A stretch of 64,000 nt of DNA, from assembly GCA_965261735.1 (NCBI GenBank), contig OZ253470.1, positions 1,472,001-1,536,000 on the forward strand, in the 5' to 3' direction. The notes beneath the pieces were generated by a model. It was given only the letters and a program-made list of their open reading frames with translations. It did not search any database and was not told where the DNA came from. Position 1 is the stretch's first letter, and the number at the start of each line of letters is the position of its first letter. A program made the translations under genes and the position numbers. Positions 50,297 through 60,518 of the stretch are shown here, piece by piece. The DNA is from Alphaproteobacteria bacterium (GTDB lineage Bacteria; Pseudomonadota; Alphaproteobacteria; SHVV01).

Positions 50297-50355
50297 GGCG
50301 CGCAATTTTTCACAACCGGCGCCCGAAGTCGAGCCGCCGACGCGCGAGGCCGCGG

Positions 50356-51759
50356 TCACGACGCCGGCAGCTCGAGCCGAAACGTGGTCCGCGAGGGTTC
50401 CGTCTCGAGCAGACGAATGTCGCCGTCGTGGGCCTTCATGAGGTCGCGCGCGATGGCCAGACCGAGACCCGTGCCGCCCGCGCGCGAAGAGCCGCTAAAG
50501 GCGACGAACAGCTTGTCGCGGACCTCTGGCGTCAGGCCGGGGCCGGTGTCGCTGAAGTCGATCTGCGCCACCGAATCGACGTGTATCGCGCGGACGCAGA
50601 TTTCGCCGCGGTTGAGGTGCGCCATGGCCTCGATCGCGTTGCGCCCGAGATTGAGCAGGACGCGATAGATCTGATCGCGGTCGGCGTTGACCTCGAAGTC
50701 GGCGCCGACCTCGTTGTGCCAAACGATGCTGGCCGGCATGCCGTGGCTCAGCGCCCCGGCGACGTCGTCGACCAGCTCGCGCAGGCCGAATCGCGCACGC
50801 ACCGGGTCGGGCTCCTCGGCGCGTCCGTAACGCAGCGTGTTGGTGCACAGATCGACCGCGCGGTCGATAGCCCGCACCAGGGTCGGCGTCACCCGCCGCA
50901 CATTGGGGTCGTCGCTGTTGGCGAGACGGTCGGACACGAGGCGCGCCGTTGCCAGGATGTTGCGCAGGTCGTGATTGATCTTGCTGACCGCGATGCCGAG
51001 GGCGGCGAGGCGCGCGTTCTGCTTGAGCGAGGCCCGCACCTGAGCCTGCAACTCGGCGAGCTCGCGCTGAGTCGTTCCGATCTCGTCACCGCGCGACGAC
51101 GGCTGCACGCTGCCGGTCTCATCCTCCGGCGCCGCGCGAAAGTCGACCATGTTCTGGGTGATGCGCCGCATCGGCCGCACCATCAGCCCTTGCAGAGCCA
51201 GATACACCAACCAAGCCGTAATCAGCGAGATGACGATGGAGAGCTGGAGGATGCGCCCCGCATAGTCGTACATGCCGGCGCGCAGCGGGTCCTCGTCGAG
51301 GATCACGTCGACGACCACACCGGGCTCGTTGGGCGCCGGGGCGGCGACGTGGATCACGCGGTTGGAGGCCTGCCGCAGCGTATCGAAGGCGTCGCGAATG
51401 AGCGAGGCCGGCGTCGCCTCCCTGAGATCGAAGGCCGCCGCGACCTTGGGCGGCATGTCGTAGCCGAGCGCGAGCGTGCGCGATTCGGGCCGCATCAAGA
51501 CCACGGCGCGCACACCCGCGTGGCGCAGCAGCTCGCGCTCGAGCCCGGGCGCAATCATGTAATCGGGGCTCGCCTCGAGCGCCAGGGTAGCGAGGTGCGA
51601 GGCGGCGATCCTCTCCTCGAGATAGACGAGCCGGTAGCGCGCGATCGAGGGGACGAAGATCAGCACCTCGCTGAGCATGACGAAGGCGATCGTCAGCACC
51701 AGGAGCCGTGCCGAAAGGCCCATCCGCAGCGGCAACAGCGTGCCCTTGGTCCGCGCCAT
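50356..51759 (-). CDS. HAMP-domain sensor histidine kinase
   Basis: Two TM segments, DEIG, INHDLRN, NLGRNA, DTGPG, GTGLGL. Confidence 0.93.
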   Translation of the reverse strand: MARTKGTLLPLRMGLSARLLVLTIAFVMLSEVLIFVPSIARYRLVYLEERIAASHLATLALEASPDYMIAPGLERELLRHAGVRAVVLMRPESRTLALGYDMPPKVAAAFDLREATPASLIRDAFDTLRQASNRVIHVAAPAPNEPGVVVDVILDEDPLRAGMYDYAGRILQLSIVISLITAWLVYLALQGLMVRPMRRITQNMVDFRAAPEDETGSVQPSSRGDEIGTTQRELAELQAQVRASLKQNARLAALGIAVSKINHDLRNILATARLVSDRLANSDDPNVRRVTPTLVRAIDRAVDLCTNTLRYGRAEEPDPVRARFGLRELVDDVAGALSHGMPASIVWHNEVGADFEVNADRDQIYRVLLNLGRNAIEAMAHLNRGEICVRAIHVDSVAQIDFSDTGPGLTPEVRDKLFVAFSGSSRAGGTGLGLAIARDLMKAHDGDIRLLETEPSRTTFRLELPAS

Positions 51760-51849
51760 GGCCAATAATTAGTTCAATTTCACGCCCGCACCAAACTCGC
51801 AAGAGACATGGTGCGCGCGTGGCGCGGGACAATAGGGCGCGGGCACGTC

Positions 51850-53241
51850 TCAGCCCAGGTGCCGCAGCGCGCGCACGACGCGGCGGGTCCGCTCGCTGAA
51901 CAGGGCGGGCGCGAAAAAGCTCGCGGCGACACGCTTGGTTGCCTCGCTGTAGGTCGGGTAGGGGACCGTGACCGCGGCCAGGGCGCCGACGCGCAGCTTT
52001 CGGTCGACGGCCAGCACCCAGGGCAGGATCAGCTCGCCCGCGTGGGGGCCGACGATCGAGGCGCCGAGGATGCGGCCGCGCGCTGTGGTGATCGCCTTGA
52101 CCAGGCCCGTGGCATCGCGCTCGCAGACCGCGCGGTCATTGTCGGCAAAGGGCCACCGCAGCACCCGGATGCGACCGTGCCGGGCCCGCGCCTCGGCCTC
52201 GAAGAGCCCGACATGGGCGAGCTCGGGATCGGTATAGGTGACCCACGGCATCGCCCGCCCGGTGGCCTTCGCCGGTAGATGGAAGAGCGCGTTGCGGATG
52301 ACGATCGCGGCGTGGTGCGCGGCCCGATGGGTGAGCTGGGGGCCGCCGACGGCGTCGCCGATCGCATAGACGCGCCGGTTCGTGGTGCGCAGGCCGGCAT
52401 CGACGGTGATCCCGCCCGGGCCATGGGCGACGCCAGCGCGCGCGAGGTCGAGGGCCGCGATGCTGGGCTGGCGGCCGGCGGCGACGAGGAGATGGCTCGC
52501 GTCGAGGCGCGTCGTCCCTTGCGGGCCCTCGACGGTCACGGCGATGGTGCCGTCGCTGCCCTCGACGCTGGCCACCCTCGTGCCCTCGAGAATGTCGACT
52601 CCGTCGCGGCGCAGCCGGGTGGCGAGGATGTCGACGAGCTCGGGGTCATCCCGGCTCAGCACGCTCGCTTGCTCGACCACGCTGACCCGAGCCCCGAGGT
52701 GGCGGAAGGCCTGCCCCAGTTCCATGCCGATGGGGCCGCCGCCGATGATGACCAGGTGATCGGGCAGCGCGCCGACGTCGAAGATGGTCTCGTTGGTGAG
52801 GTAGGGAACGGTATCGAGGCCCGGGATCGGCGGTATGGCCGGCACCGATCCGGTCGCGATCACGAACCGCCGGGCGCTGATCGCGACGTCGCCGGCGGCG
52901 ATCTCGGCGGGGCCGGTGAAGCGGGCCGTGTCGTTGATGACGCGCACGCCGAGAGCCTCGAAGCGGGCAACGGAATCGTGCGGTGCGATGGCGGCGATGG
53001 CCGCGTGGACACGATCGCGCACGCCTTCGAAGGCCGCGGCGCGGTCGCCGGCGCGCGACGCACGCCCCGCCGCCAGCAACGACTTCGACGGCACGCAGCC
53101 ATAGTTGAGGCAATCGCCGCCCATGCGCCCGTTCTCGATAAGCGCCGTGGACGCGCCGAGCTGGCTCGCGCCGGCGGCCACGCTCAGGCCGGCCGCGCCG
53201 GCTCCTATGACGCACATATCGACGGTAATCTTCTCGACCAT
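51850..53241 (-). CDS. Pyridine nucleotide-disulfide oxidoreductase (dihydrolipoamide dehydrogenase/MerA-like)
   Basis: GAGAAG, GGDCLNYGCVPSK, GGGPIG, YAIGD, TDPELA; no MerA C-terminal Cys pair. Confidence 0.9.
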   Translation of the reverse strand: MVEKITVDMCVIGAGAAGLSVAAGASQLGASTALIENGRMGGDCLNYGCVPSKSLLAAGRASRAGDRAAAFEGVRDRVHAAIAAIAPHDSVARFEALGVRVINDTARFTGPAEIAAGDVAISARRFVIATGSVPAIPPIPGLDTVPYLTNETIFDVGALPDHLVIIGGGPIGMELGQAFRHLGARVSVVEQASVLSRDDPELVDILATRLRRDGVDILEGTRVASVEGSDGTIAVTVEGPQGTTRLDASHLLVAAGRQPSIAALDLARAGVAHGPGGITVDAGLRTTNRRVYAIGDAVGGPQLTHRAAHHAAIVIRNALFHLPAKATGRAMPWVTYTDPELAHVGLFEAEARARHGRIRVLRWPFADNDRAVCERDATGLVKAITTARGRILGASIVGPHAGELILPWVLAVDRKLRVGALAAVTVPYPTYSEATKRVAASFFAPALFSERTRRVVRALRHLG

Positions 53242-53317
53242 GTTGCCCGCTCCCGCGACCGACCCCGCTACCGCATATTCTACCGGCGTCACGCCCGCAC
53301 GCCGACCGTGTCTTGAT

Positions 53318-53346
53318 TTGACTTCACTCGCGCCTGTCCTTATACA
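53318..53346 (+). promoter_or_regulatory. sigma70 promoter of the rpmH operon
   Basis: TTGACT-17 bp-TATACA. Confidence 0.7.
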
Positions 53347-53420
53347 GCGCTTCGTCCAACGCACTTCTTCCACAGCGCCTCGCTCGCCGTGTCCGGCGAT
53401 GCGGCGGCGGAACTTGAGCC

Positions 53421-53555
53421 GTGAAACGCACCTTTCAGCCCAGCGTCATCGTCCGCAAGCGGCGACACGGATTTCGCGCCCGCATGGCTACGGCCGCCGG
53501 GCGCAGGGTCTTGGCCCGGCGCCGCGCCAAGGGACGCAAGCGCCTCACGGCCTAG
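53421..53555 (+). CDS. rpmH: 50S ribosomal protein L34
   Basis: Manual translation [44 protein letters not shown] (44 aa, GTG start). Confidence 0.97.
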   Translation: MKRTFQPSVIVRKRRHGFRARMATAAGRRVLARRRAKGRKRLTA

Positions 53556-53562
53556 GGCCTCG

Positions 53563-53961
53563 ATGTCCGCGAGGGTCGGGCGTCTCAAGCGTCGGGCGGA
53601 CTTCGTGCGGGTCGCCAGGGCGCGCCGGCGATGGGCGCGCCCGGGTCTTGTCCTGCAGGCGGCGCCGGGGGATACTGAGGGCACCGCCGGGGTGCGCTCG
53701 CAGGGCCTGCGGGTTGGTTTTACCGCCACCAAGAAGATCGGCAATGCGGTCCGGCGCAACCGCGCCAAACGTCGCCTCCGCGCCGCCGCCCAGAAAGTCA
53801 TGCCCGAACGCGCCATGCCCGGTTTTGACTACGTCCTGATCGCCCGTGCGGCAACGCCCGAACGCGCCTTCGCCAGCCTGGTGAGCGACCTCGAGGCGGC
53901 GCTGAGGGGGCTTGGCGTCCACCGCGCGGGCACCGCGCCAGCGCGAGCGGCGAAGCCGTGA
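53563..53961 (+). CDS. rnpA: Ribonuclease P protein component
   Basis: [24 protein letters not shown]. Confidence 0.96.
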   Translation: MSARVGRLKRRADFVRVARARRRWARPGLVLQAAPGDTEGTAGVRSQGLRVGFTATKKIGNAVRRNRAKRRLRAAAQKVMPERAMPGFDYVLIARAATPERAFASLVSDLEAALRGLGVHRAGTAPARAAKP

Positions 53962-54224
53962 CGGGCGGTTCGATCGGCCCCGGGGCGGTCGTACTGCGCC
54001 TACTGGTGCGGGGCTACCAGCTCTTCGTCTCGCCCGTTCTCGGGCCGCGCTGCCGCTATCATCCGACCTGCTCGGCGTACGCGATGGAGGCATTGGCCGT
54101 GCACGGCGCGGCACGCGGCGGGTGGCTCGCCATCCGACGCATCCTGCGCTGCCACCCGTGGGGCGGCTTCGGCCACGATCCGGTACCGGAGCGCGGGCGC
54201 GGCCGCGGCCGCGCGGCTCACTGA
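53958..54224 (+). CDS. yidD: Membrane protein insertion efficiency factor
   Basis: [28 protein letters not shown]. Confidence 0.95.
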   Translation: MTGGSIGPGAVVLRLLVRGYQLFVSPVLGPRCRYHPTCSAYAMEALAVHGAARGGWLAIRRILRCHPWGGFGHDPVPERGRGRGRAAH

Positions 54225-54238
54225 CGGGCGCACACGTC

Positions 54239-56056
54239 ATGTCGGGCCAGGGCAACCTCATCATCGCGGTGATCGTCTCGCTGTCCATCCTGATCGGCTT
54301 CCAGTACTTCTATGAGATCCCGCGGATGCGCGAGGCGCGGGAGCGCCAAGCGGCGATCGAGCAGTCGCAATCGGTGGGGCCGTCGCTCGAGCCGGCCGGG
54401 CGCGCGCCGCTCGCGGGTGCCCCGAGTGTGCCGGGTGCGGTAGCTACGCCGCCGGCCCCGAGCACCGCGCCGACGGCGAGCGGGGCCGCGGTACCCGCAC
54501 CGGCGCCGACGCCGGAGGCGCGTGGGCGCCAGCTCGCCGAGGCGCCGCGGGTGCGCATCGTCACGCCGCGCCTGCACGGATCGATCTCGCTCAAGGGCGC
54601 GCGCCTCGACGACCTTACGCTGGCCACCTATTACGAGACGATCGAGCCGGGCAGCCCCGAAATCGTGCTGCTCTCGCCGGTCGGTGCCCCGGGCGCCTAC
54701 TACGCCGAGTTCGGCTGGCAGGCGGACGAGGCCGCCGGCATCAAGCGCCCCGGCCCCGACACCGTGTGGCAGACCGATGGCAACGAACTTACGGCGGCCC
54801 GACCCCTGAGGCTGCGCTGGGACAATGGCGACGGGCTTCGATTCATCCGCACGATCTCGGTCGACGAAAATTACATGTTCTCGATCCGCCAGAGGGTCGA
54901 GAACTACGGTAACCGGCAGGTCGAGCTCTATCCCTACGGGCTCGTCTCGCGCTCGGGAACCCCCAGGGTGAGCCGCTTCTTCATCCTCCATGAGGGGCCG
55001 ATCGGCGTGTTCAACGAAACCCTGAACGAAGTCGGCTACGACGACGTGCGGGACGAGCAACGGATCGGGTACGAAACCGTGGGCGGCTGGATCGGCATCA
55101 CCGACAAGTTCTGGCTGACCGCGCTGGTGCCGGATCAGAGCCAACGCGTACGGGCGAGCTTTAGCCACCGCCTGGGCGCCGGTGCGATTGACCGCTACCA
55201 GTTCGACTACATCCGCGATGTCGAGGTAGTACCCGCGGGGGCCGCCGTCGAGGTCGTCGATTACCTGTTCGCCGGCGCCAAGGAGGTCAAGCTGCTCGAT
55301 GGCTACAAGGACTCGCTGGGCGTCGCCAGCTTCGACAAGGCGATCGACTTCGGTTGGTTCTACTTCCTGACCAAACCGCTGTTCTACCTCATCGCCTACT
55401 TTAACAAGGTGCTTGGTAATTTCGGGCTCGCGATCCTGCTGCTCACCGTCATCGTCAAGATCATCTTCTTCCCCCTCGCCAACAAGTCGTACCGCGCGAT
55501 GAGCGCGATGAAAAAGCTGCAGCCGGAGATGACCAAGCTGCGCGAGCGCTTTGGCGAGGACCGTGCGCGCCTCAACAAGGAGGTCATGGAGCTCTACAAG
55601 CGCGAGAAGGCCAATCCGGTGTCGGGCTGCCTGCCGATCGCCATTCAGATCCCGGTGTTCTTCGCGTTGTACAAGGTGATGTTCGTGACCATCGAGATGC
55701 GGCATGCGCCCTTCTTCGGCTGGATTCACGACCTCTCGGCGCCCGATCCTCTCGGTATCATGACCGTCTTCGGGCTGTTCCCGTGGGACCCCCCGGGAAT
55801 GCTGGCGTACGGCAACATCGGCATCTGGCCGATCATCATGGGGGCCAGCATGTGGCTGCAGATGCGCCTCAATCCGCGCCCGCCCGACCCGGTTCAGGCC
55901 AAGATGTTCATGGTCCTGCCGTTCGTGTTCACCTTCATGCTCGGCACCTTCCCGGCCGGCCTCGTGATCTACTGGACCTGGAACAACATGCTGTCGATCG
56001 CCCAGCAGTGGGTCATTATGAAGCGGGCGGGAATCGTCAATCCGGCCGGAAGCTAG
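54239..56056 (+). CDS. yidC: Membrane protein insertase YidC
   Basis: IDFGWF, GCLPIAIQIPVFFALY, WIHDLSAPD, PAGLVIYW. Confidence 0.96.
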   Translation: MSGQGNLIIAVIVSLSILIGFQYFYEIPRMREARERQAAIEQSQSVGPSLEPAGRAPLAGAPSVPGAVATPPAPSTAPTASGAAVPAPAPTPEARGRQLAEAPRVRIVTPRLHGSISLKGARLDDLTLATYYETIEPGSPEIVLLSPVGAPGAYYAEFGWQADEAAGIKRPGPDTVWQTDGNELTAARPLRLRWDNGDGLRFIRTISVDENYMFSIRQRVENYGNRQVELYPYGLVSRSGTPRVSRFFILHEGPIGVFNETLNEVGYDDVRDEQRIGYETVGGWIGITDKFWLTALVPDQSQRVRASFSHRLGAGAIDRYQFDYIRDVEVVPAGAAVEVVDYLFAGAKEVKLLDGYKDSLGVASFDKAIDFGWFYFLTKPLFYLIAYFNKVLGNFGLAILLLTVIVKIIFFPLANKSYRAMSAMKKLQPEMTKLRERFGEDRARLNKEVMELYKREKANPVSGCLPIAIQIPVFFALYKVMFVTIEMRHAPFFGWIHDLSAPDPLGIMTVFGLFPWDPPGMLAYGNIGIWPIIMGASMWLQMRLNPRPPDPVQAKMFMVLPFVFTFMLGTFPAGLVIYWTWNNMLSIAQQWVIMKRAGIVNPAGS

Positions 56057-56066
56057 GCGGGCCGCC

Positions 56067-56708
56067 GTGGCCGAGGCCGCGCCCGAGGGCGCGCTGGCCG
56101 AGGGACGCAGGCTGTTCGCGATGCCGTGCACCTTCGCCGCCGCGGCCGCCCGCGCCACCGGGCTGCCGCCCGCGCGCCTCCCCGAGGTCGCCTTCGCCGG
56201 CCGCTCCAACGTCGGCAAGTCCTCGCTGCTTAACGCGCTCACGAACCGCACGAACCTGGCCCGCACCTCGAAGACGCCGGGCCGCACGCGCGAGGTCAAT
56301 TTCTTCGTCATCGCCGAGCGCCTGTGCCTGGTCGATCTCCCGGGCTACGGGTTCGCGCGGGCGCCCAAGGGCGACATCGAGCGCTGGCGCCGCCTGGTCG
56401 TCGCCTACCTCAAGGGACGCGCGAGCCTGCGCAGGACGTGCCTGCTGATCGACGCGCGCCGCGGCTCCGGTGACGGCGACCGCGAGGTCATGGCCATGCT
56501 GGACGGCGCCGCGGCTGCCTATCAGGTAGTGCTGACCAAGGCCGACAAGGTCAAGCCAGGCGAACTCGCGGCTCGTATCGACGCGCTCGCGGGCGAGCTT
56601 GCCGGGCACCCCGCCGCACACCCCGACATCCTCACCACCAGCGCCGCCACCGGCGCCGGCCTCGATACCCTGCGGGCTGAGTTCGCGCGATTGGCCGCGG
56701 CCGGGTGA
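56067..56708 (+). CDS. yihA: Ribosome biogenesis GTPase YihA/EngB
   Basis: GRSNVGKSS, KTPGRT, DLPGYG, TKAD. Confidence 0.95.
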   Translation: MAEAAPEGALAEGRRLFAMPCTFAAAAARATGLPPARLPEVAFAGRSNVGKSSLLNALTNRTNLARTSKTPGRTREVNFFVIAERLCLVDLPGYGFARAPKGDIERWRRLVVAYLKGRASLRRTCLLIDARRGSGDGDREVMAMLDGAAAAYQVVLTKADKVKPGELAARIDALAGELAGHPAAHPDILTTSAATGAGLDTLRAEFARLAAAG

Positions 56709-56726
56709 AGGGTCTATAACGCGCCG

Positions 56727-57644
56727 ATGCGCCCGCCCCGCCCCTCGCCGGCCCTGGCCGCTGACCGGCTCCATACCGCGCGCACGCTCGCCGAGGCGCT
56801 GCCCTACATGCGTCGCTTCGCCGGCCAGACCTTCGTCGTCAAGATCGGCGGCTATGCCATGGGCGATGCGTCGCTGCGCGATCTCTTCGCCCAGGACGTG
56901 GTGCTGTTGAAGCAGGTCGGCATCCATCCCATCGTCGTGCACGGCGGCGGGCCCCAGATCAGCGCCATGCTCGATCGACTCAAGATCAAGAGCTCCTTCA
57001 TCTCGGGCCTCAGGGTGAGCGATCGGGAGACGGTCGAAATCGTCGAAATGGTGTTGTCGGGGTCGATCAACAAGCAGGTCGTCACCGCCATCAACCGCGC
57101 GGGCGGCGTCGCCGTGGGACTGTCGGGCAAGGACGGCAACCTCATCGAGGCGCGCAAGCTGCGGCGCACCGCGCGCGATCCCAACTCCAACATCGAACGC
57201 GTTCTCGACCTCGGCTTCGTCGGCGAGCCGGTGCGCTTCAACCGGCAGCTCCTCGATTCGCTCGCGACCTCCGAGATCATTCCGGTAATCGCCCCCATCG
57301 GCATCAGCGCGGACGGCGATACCTACAACATCAACGCCGATACGGTGGCCGGGTGCGCCGCGGCCGCCCTTCGCGCCAGCAAGCTGGTGATGCTGACCGA
57401 CGTGGCCGGCGTGCTCGACAAGAAGGGGAAGCTGATAGCGACGCTGACGCCGGCCTCGGTGGGTGCGCGGCTCAAGGGCCGCACGATCACGGGCGGCATG
57501 ATCCCCAAGCTCGAGACCTGTCTCGCGGCGCTCAAGGGCGGCACCGCGGCCGCCCATATCCTCGACGGCCGGCTCCCCCACGCGCTGCTGCTCGAAGTCT
57601 TCACCGAGGGCGGCGTCGGCACCATGATCGCGGCGCGCGCCTAG
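56727..57644 (+). CDS. argB: Acetylglutamate kinase
   Basis: [37 protein letters not shown]. Confidence 0.95.
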   Translation: MRPPRPSPALAADRLHTARTLAEALPYMRRFAGQTFVVKIGGYAMGDASLRDLFAQDVVLLKQVGIHPIVVHGGGPQISAMLDRLKIKSSFISGLRVSDRETVEIVEMVLSGSINKQVVTAINRAGGVAVGLSGKDGNLIEARKLRRTARDPNSNIERVLDLGFVGEPVRFNRQLLDSLATSEIIPVIAPIGISADGDTYNINADTVAGCAAAALRASKLVMLTDVAGVLDKKGKLIATLTPASVGARLKGRTITGGMIPKLETCLAALKGGTAAAHILDGRLPHALLLEVFTEGGVGTMIAARA

Positions 57645-58008
57645 GCCATGTAGTCATGACCCTGCGCCCGTTTGGCATTAACGCGAGAATGTCCGGGTTC
57701 CCTTCTAGATCGGACGTTCTGGCGGACCTCCATCTACGTCGCAGATTGGCCAAAAAGGGGACGTTCCCGTGCCACGTTGGCGACACTACCGGATGCAGCT
57801 CGGTCTCAATGGTTCGCAATGGCATCGTGGAGCGCATATCGATTCCAGGCAACGCATTCGGAAGGAGTGCCCGCCCCGCCCCAATCCGCCAGCTCTTTCT
57901 CGGCGGCGGTGGACCTATTCCATATAGAGGCGGAAGCTATCGCCGCCGTCGCCGGCTTCCATCTCCAGCTCGCCGAGGCTGTGGATCAGAGTTTCGATCT
58001 GGTCGGCC

Positions 58009-59114
58009 CTTGCCTATCCGGTTTACACCCACACCCACTAGGGCTAGAATGGGCGCAACCCGGATATAGGGGAGCGCGCCATGGATGTTCTCGACCGCGC
58101 CGATCTCCCATTCCCGCATTCGCTACCCGAGTTCCAGCGACTTTTCCCCGATGATGCGGCCTGCGCCGCCTACCTGGAGAAAGCCCGCTGGGGAGACGGC
58201 TTTGCCTGCCCGCACTGCGGCACGGCGGGAGAGCCGTTCCACTTTGAAAACCGCCCTGGCGTCCTGCGCTACCGCAAGTGCCGCCAGAACATCGGGCTGA
58301 CGGTGGGAACAGTGATGGAGCGTAGCCACACTCCGCTGAACGTCTGGTTCTGGGCCGCTTATCTGGTCGCCAGTCAGACGCCCGACATGTCCGCCGTGCA
58401 GTTTCAGCGGCAACTTGGTCTTTCGCGCTACGAGACGGCCTTTCAAATTCTCCACAAGCTCCGCTCGGGCATGGTGCGGCCCAACCAAGACAGGATCGGT
58501 GGACAGCCCAAGAACCATGTTGAGGTGGACGAAACCTGGGTTGGCGGGCGAACGCGTGGGGAAGGCCGTGGTGTTCACCACAAGGTTCCCGTCTCCTGTG
58601 CCATCGAGGTGCGTCATCGAAAGCCGGGCACCAAGCTCGACAACCGGAAAGACGGACGCTATGCCGGACGCGTTCGGCTCGCCGTCGTGCTCGACCGTAG
58701 CGCCGAGTCGCTCTGTGGGTTCGTCGAGAGCACCGTCGCGCCGCGATCGCTGATCGTTACTGACGATTGGAGCGGCTATGCTGGCCTCGGGAAGCGCGGC
58801 TATGAGCACTTCGCTGTTGCCGAGTGTGGTGATCCAGAGGTTGCCGAGCAATACCTGCCGATCATCCATCTGGTTTTCGCCAACCTGAAGACGTGGCTGA
58901 TCGGTATCTCACCACGGCGTTAGCCACCAGCACCTACAAGCCTACCTCAACGAGTTCACCTTCCGCTTCAACAGGCGGTTCTACCCGTTCAACGCCTTCC
59001 GCTCATTGCTCGGCATCGCGGGCGACACCTCTGCTCCAACCTATGCCGAGCTTTACTCGGGAGAGTGGCGGCACCCTACATGTAGCGGTCATGGGCGTTA
59101 ACCGGATAGGCAAG
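58009..59114 (+). mobile_element. IS1595-family element (ISSod11-like), copy 2; both IRs present, no target duplication
   Basis: CTTGCCTATCCGGTTTACACCCA at 58009 and TGGGCGTTAACCGGATAGGCAAG ending at 59114 (2 mismatches). The flanks GGTCGGCC and GATTATTC differ. Confidence 0.92.
58081..59101 (+). pseudogene. Frameshifted IS1595 transposase
   Basis: Extra T at about 58909 relative to copy 1; also Zn-ribbon C-to-Y change (LRYRKC vs LRCRKC). Confidence 0.88.
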
Positions 59115-59202
59115 GATTATTCAAAACCCAAAGCTTCCGGCCACGCAATGGTTTGTCGATGCGATCGTAGGCGAGCAAGTAGGAAGGGGCGGACGTCACA
59201 AC

Positions 59203-59524
59203 ATGAACGCAGACAGCGTTCGAAGCGTCATCATCAAATCAGCCAGACACGGGCGGACCATTACTTACAAGCAAATCGCCGACGAGCTGGGTGTTCCGTA
59301 GGAGCAAGCTCATTGGCGCCTCCCGACATTGCTGGGTGATGCGTGCGAGATTGAGCATTCCGCCGGCCGTCCCCTGCTGTCCGCCATCGTGGTTTCCCAG
59401 GAAGGCAAGGTAGGCGATGGGTTTTTCGGCATGGCCGAGTCTTTTGGGGAAAGTGTTTTTGGAAAAAGAAGCGTTTCACCGGGAGGAACAAGGACGGGTC
59501 TTCGACTATTGGAGAGGCAAATAG
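59203..59524 (+). pseudogene. Small winged-helix-like protein, disrupted by an internal TAG and a frameshift
   Basis: MNADSVRSVIIKSARHGRTITYKQIADELGVP*EQAHWRL...GRPLLSAIVV...GDGFF...[shift near 59455-68]...FHREEQGRVFDYWRGK*. Confidence 0.65.
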
Positions 59525-59666
59525 GCGCTCGGATTTCCGCACCGCGCGGTCACCCCACCTATCCCTCCCCTCGGGCGGCAGGGAGTGGGTCACCAGAGTT
59601 CTGCATTGATTCCCACCCGCTTTGCCGGGAGCTCGAGGGTGAGGGCAAAGCGCTTACTCCGGAGCC

Positions 59667-60518
59667 CTAATCCGCCTCGCCCGCGCCGCCGATGAGGAGG
59701 ACCGGCGCGTCGATGTCGTCAACCACCTTCTCGGCCGACTCCTCGCCCCAGCAGGCGCACTCGCGGGACAGGACGCAGACGCGGGGGAACTCCTCGTTGA
59801 CCGCGGCGGCGAGGCCGTGGGCCGGTGCGACACGGCGCACCCGAGCCGCGACCCCGTGGCGCTTGAGCCATGCCTCGACCTCGGGGACAAGGTCGCGCTT
59901 GCCGTTGGCCGCTACGTCGGGCACCAGCACCACCATCCCTTCGCCGCCGGTAAGGCGGGCGGCGGTCGCCAGCGCGCGGGATGCCATTGGGGACTCGTCG
60001 TAGACCGCGAGGGTCGGCCCGTCGGAGACGATGCGGCCGGGCACCAGCACCGCGCGCGGCGCGCCGGCGGCAACCGCGAGCGCATTCGCGCCCATGCGGG
60101 CATGGCTGTGCAGCGGGCCGCCGGTGCGGCCGACGATCATGAGGTCGACCTCGGGCGCGACGGCGAGGATCTCGACCGCAACGTTGCCGCGGGCGACGCG
60201 GAACGACCAGCGCAACCCGCGCCGCGCGGCCGCCGCTTCCAGTGCGCGCCGGGCGGTCGCCGCTTGCACCTTGAGGCCGCGCCGGATAGCCCCCATGCTG
60301 GGCGGCGCGCCGAGCGTCCGGGCGAAACGTACCTCGCGCGCCGATGACAGCCGCGCCAGGCGCAGCAGGTTCACGTCCTCGACGAAGAGACCCAATAACT
60401 CCGCTTCCATGCGGGCTGCGAGATCGACCGCTGCCTCGAGCGCTGCACGATTCTCGCTGCTGGCGTCGAGCGCCACCAGGATGCGGCGAAACGTGATCTC
60501 GCCCGGCCGCTCGTTCAT
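59667..60518 (-). CDS. Universal stress protein (tandem USP domains)
   Basis: RRILVALDAS, DLMIVGR, APVLLI. Confidence 0.85.
   Translation of the reverse strand: MNERPGEITFRRILVALDASSENRAALEAAVDLAARMEAELLGLFVEDVNLLRLARLSSAREVRFARTLGAPPSMGAIRRGLKVQAATARRALEAAAARRGLRWSFRVARGNVAVEILAVAPEVDLMIVGRTGGPLHSHARMGANALAVAAGAPRAVLVPGRIVSDGPTLAVYDESPMASRALATAARLTGGEGMVVLVPDVAANGKRDLVPEVEAWLKRHGVAARVRRVAPAHGLAAAVNEEFPRVCVLSRECACWGEESAEKVVDDIDAPVLLIGGAGEAD

Noticed and set aside
51850-53241. Mercuric reductase / mer operon
   Set aside because: No C-terminal Cys-Cys pair, no N-terminal metal-binding domain and no other mer genes.
53242-53420. oriC near rpmH
   Set aside because: No dnaA gene or DnaA-box cluster seen; in alphaproteobacteria this operon is generally not at the origin.
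59299-59301. In-frame TAG as possible pyrrolysine or recoding
   Set aside because: No pyl genes are seen, the same gene also has a frameshift, and a simple TGG-to-TAG nonsense change explains it.
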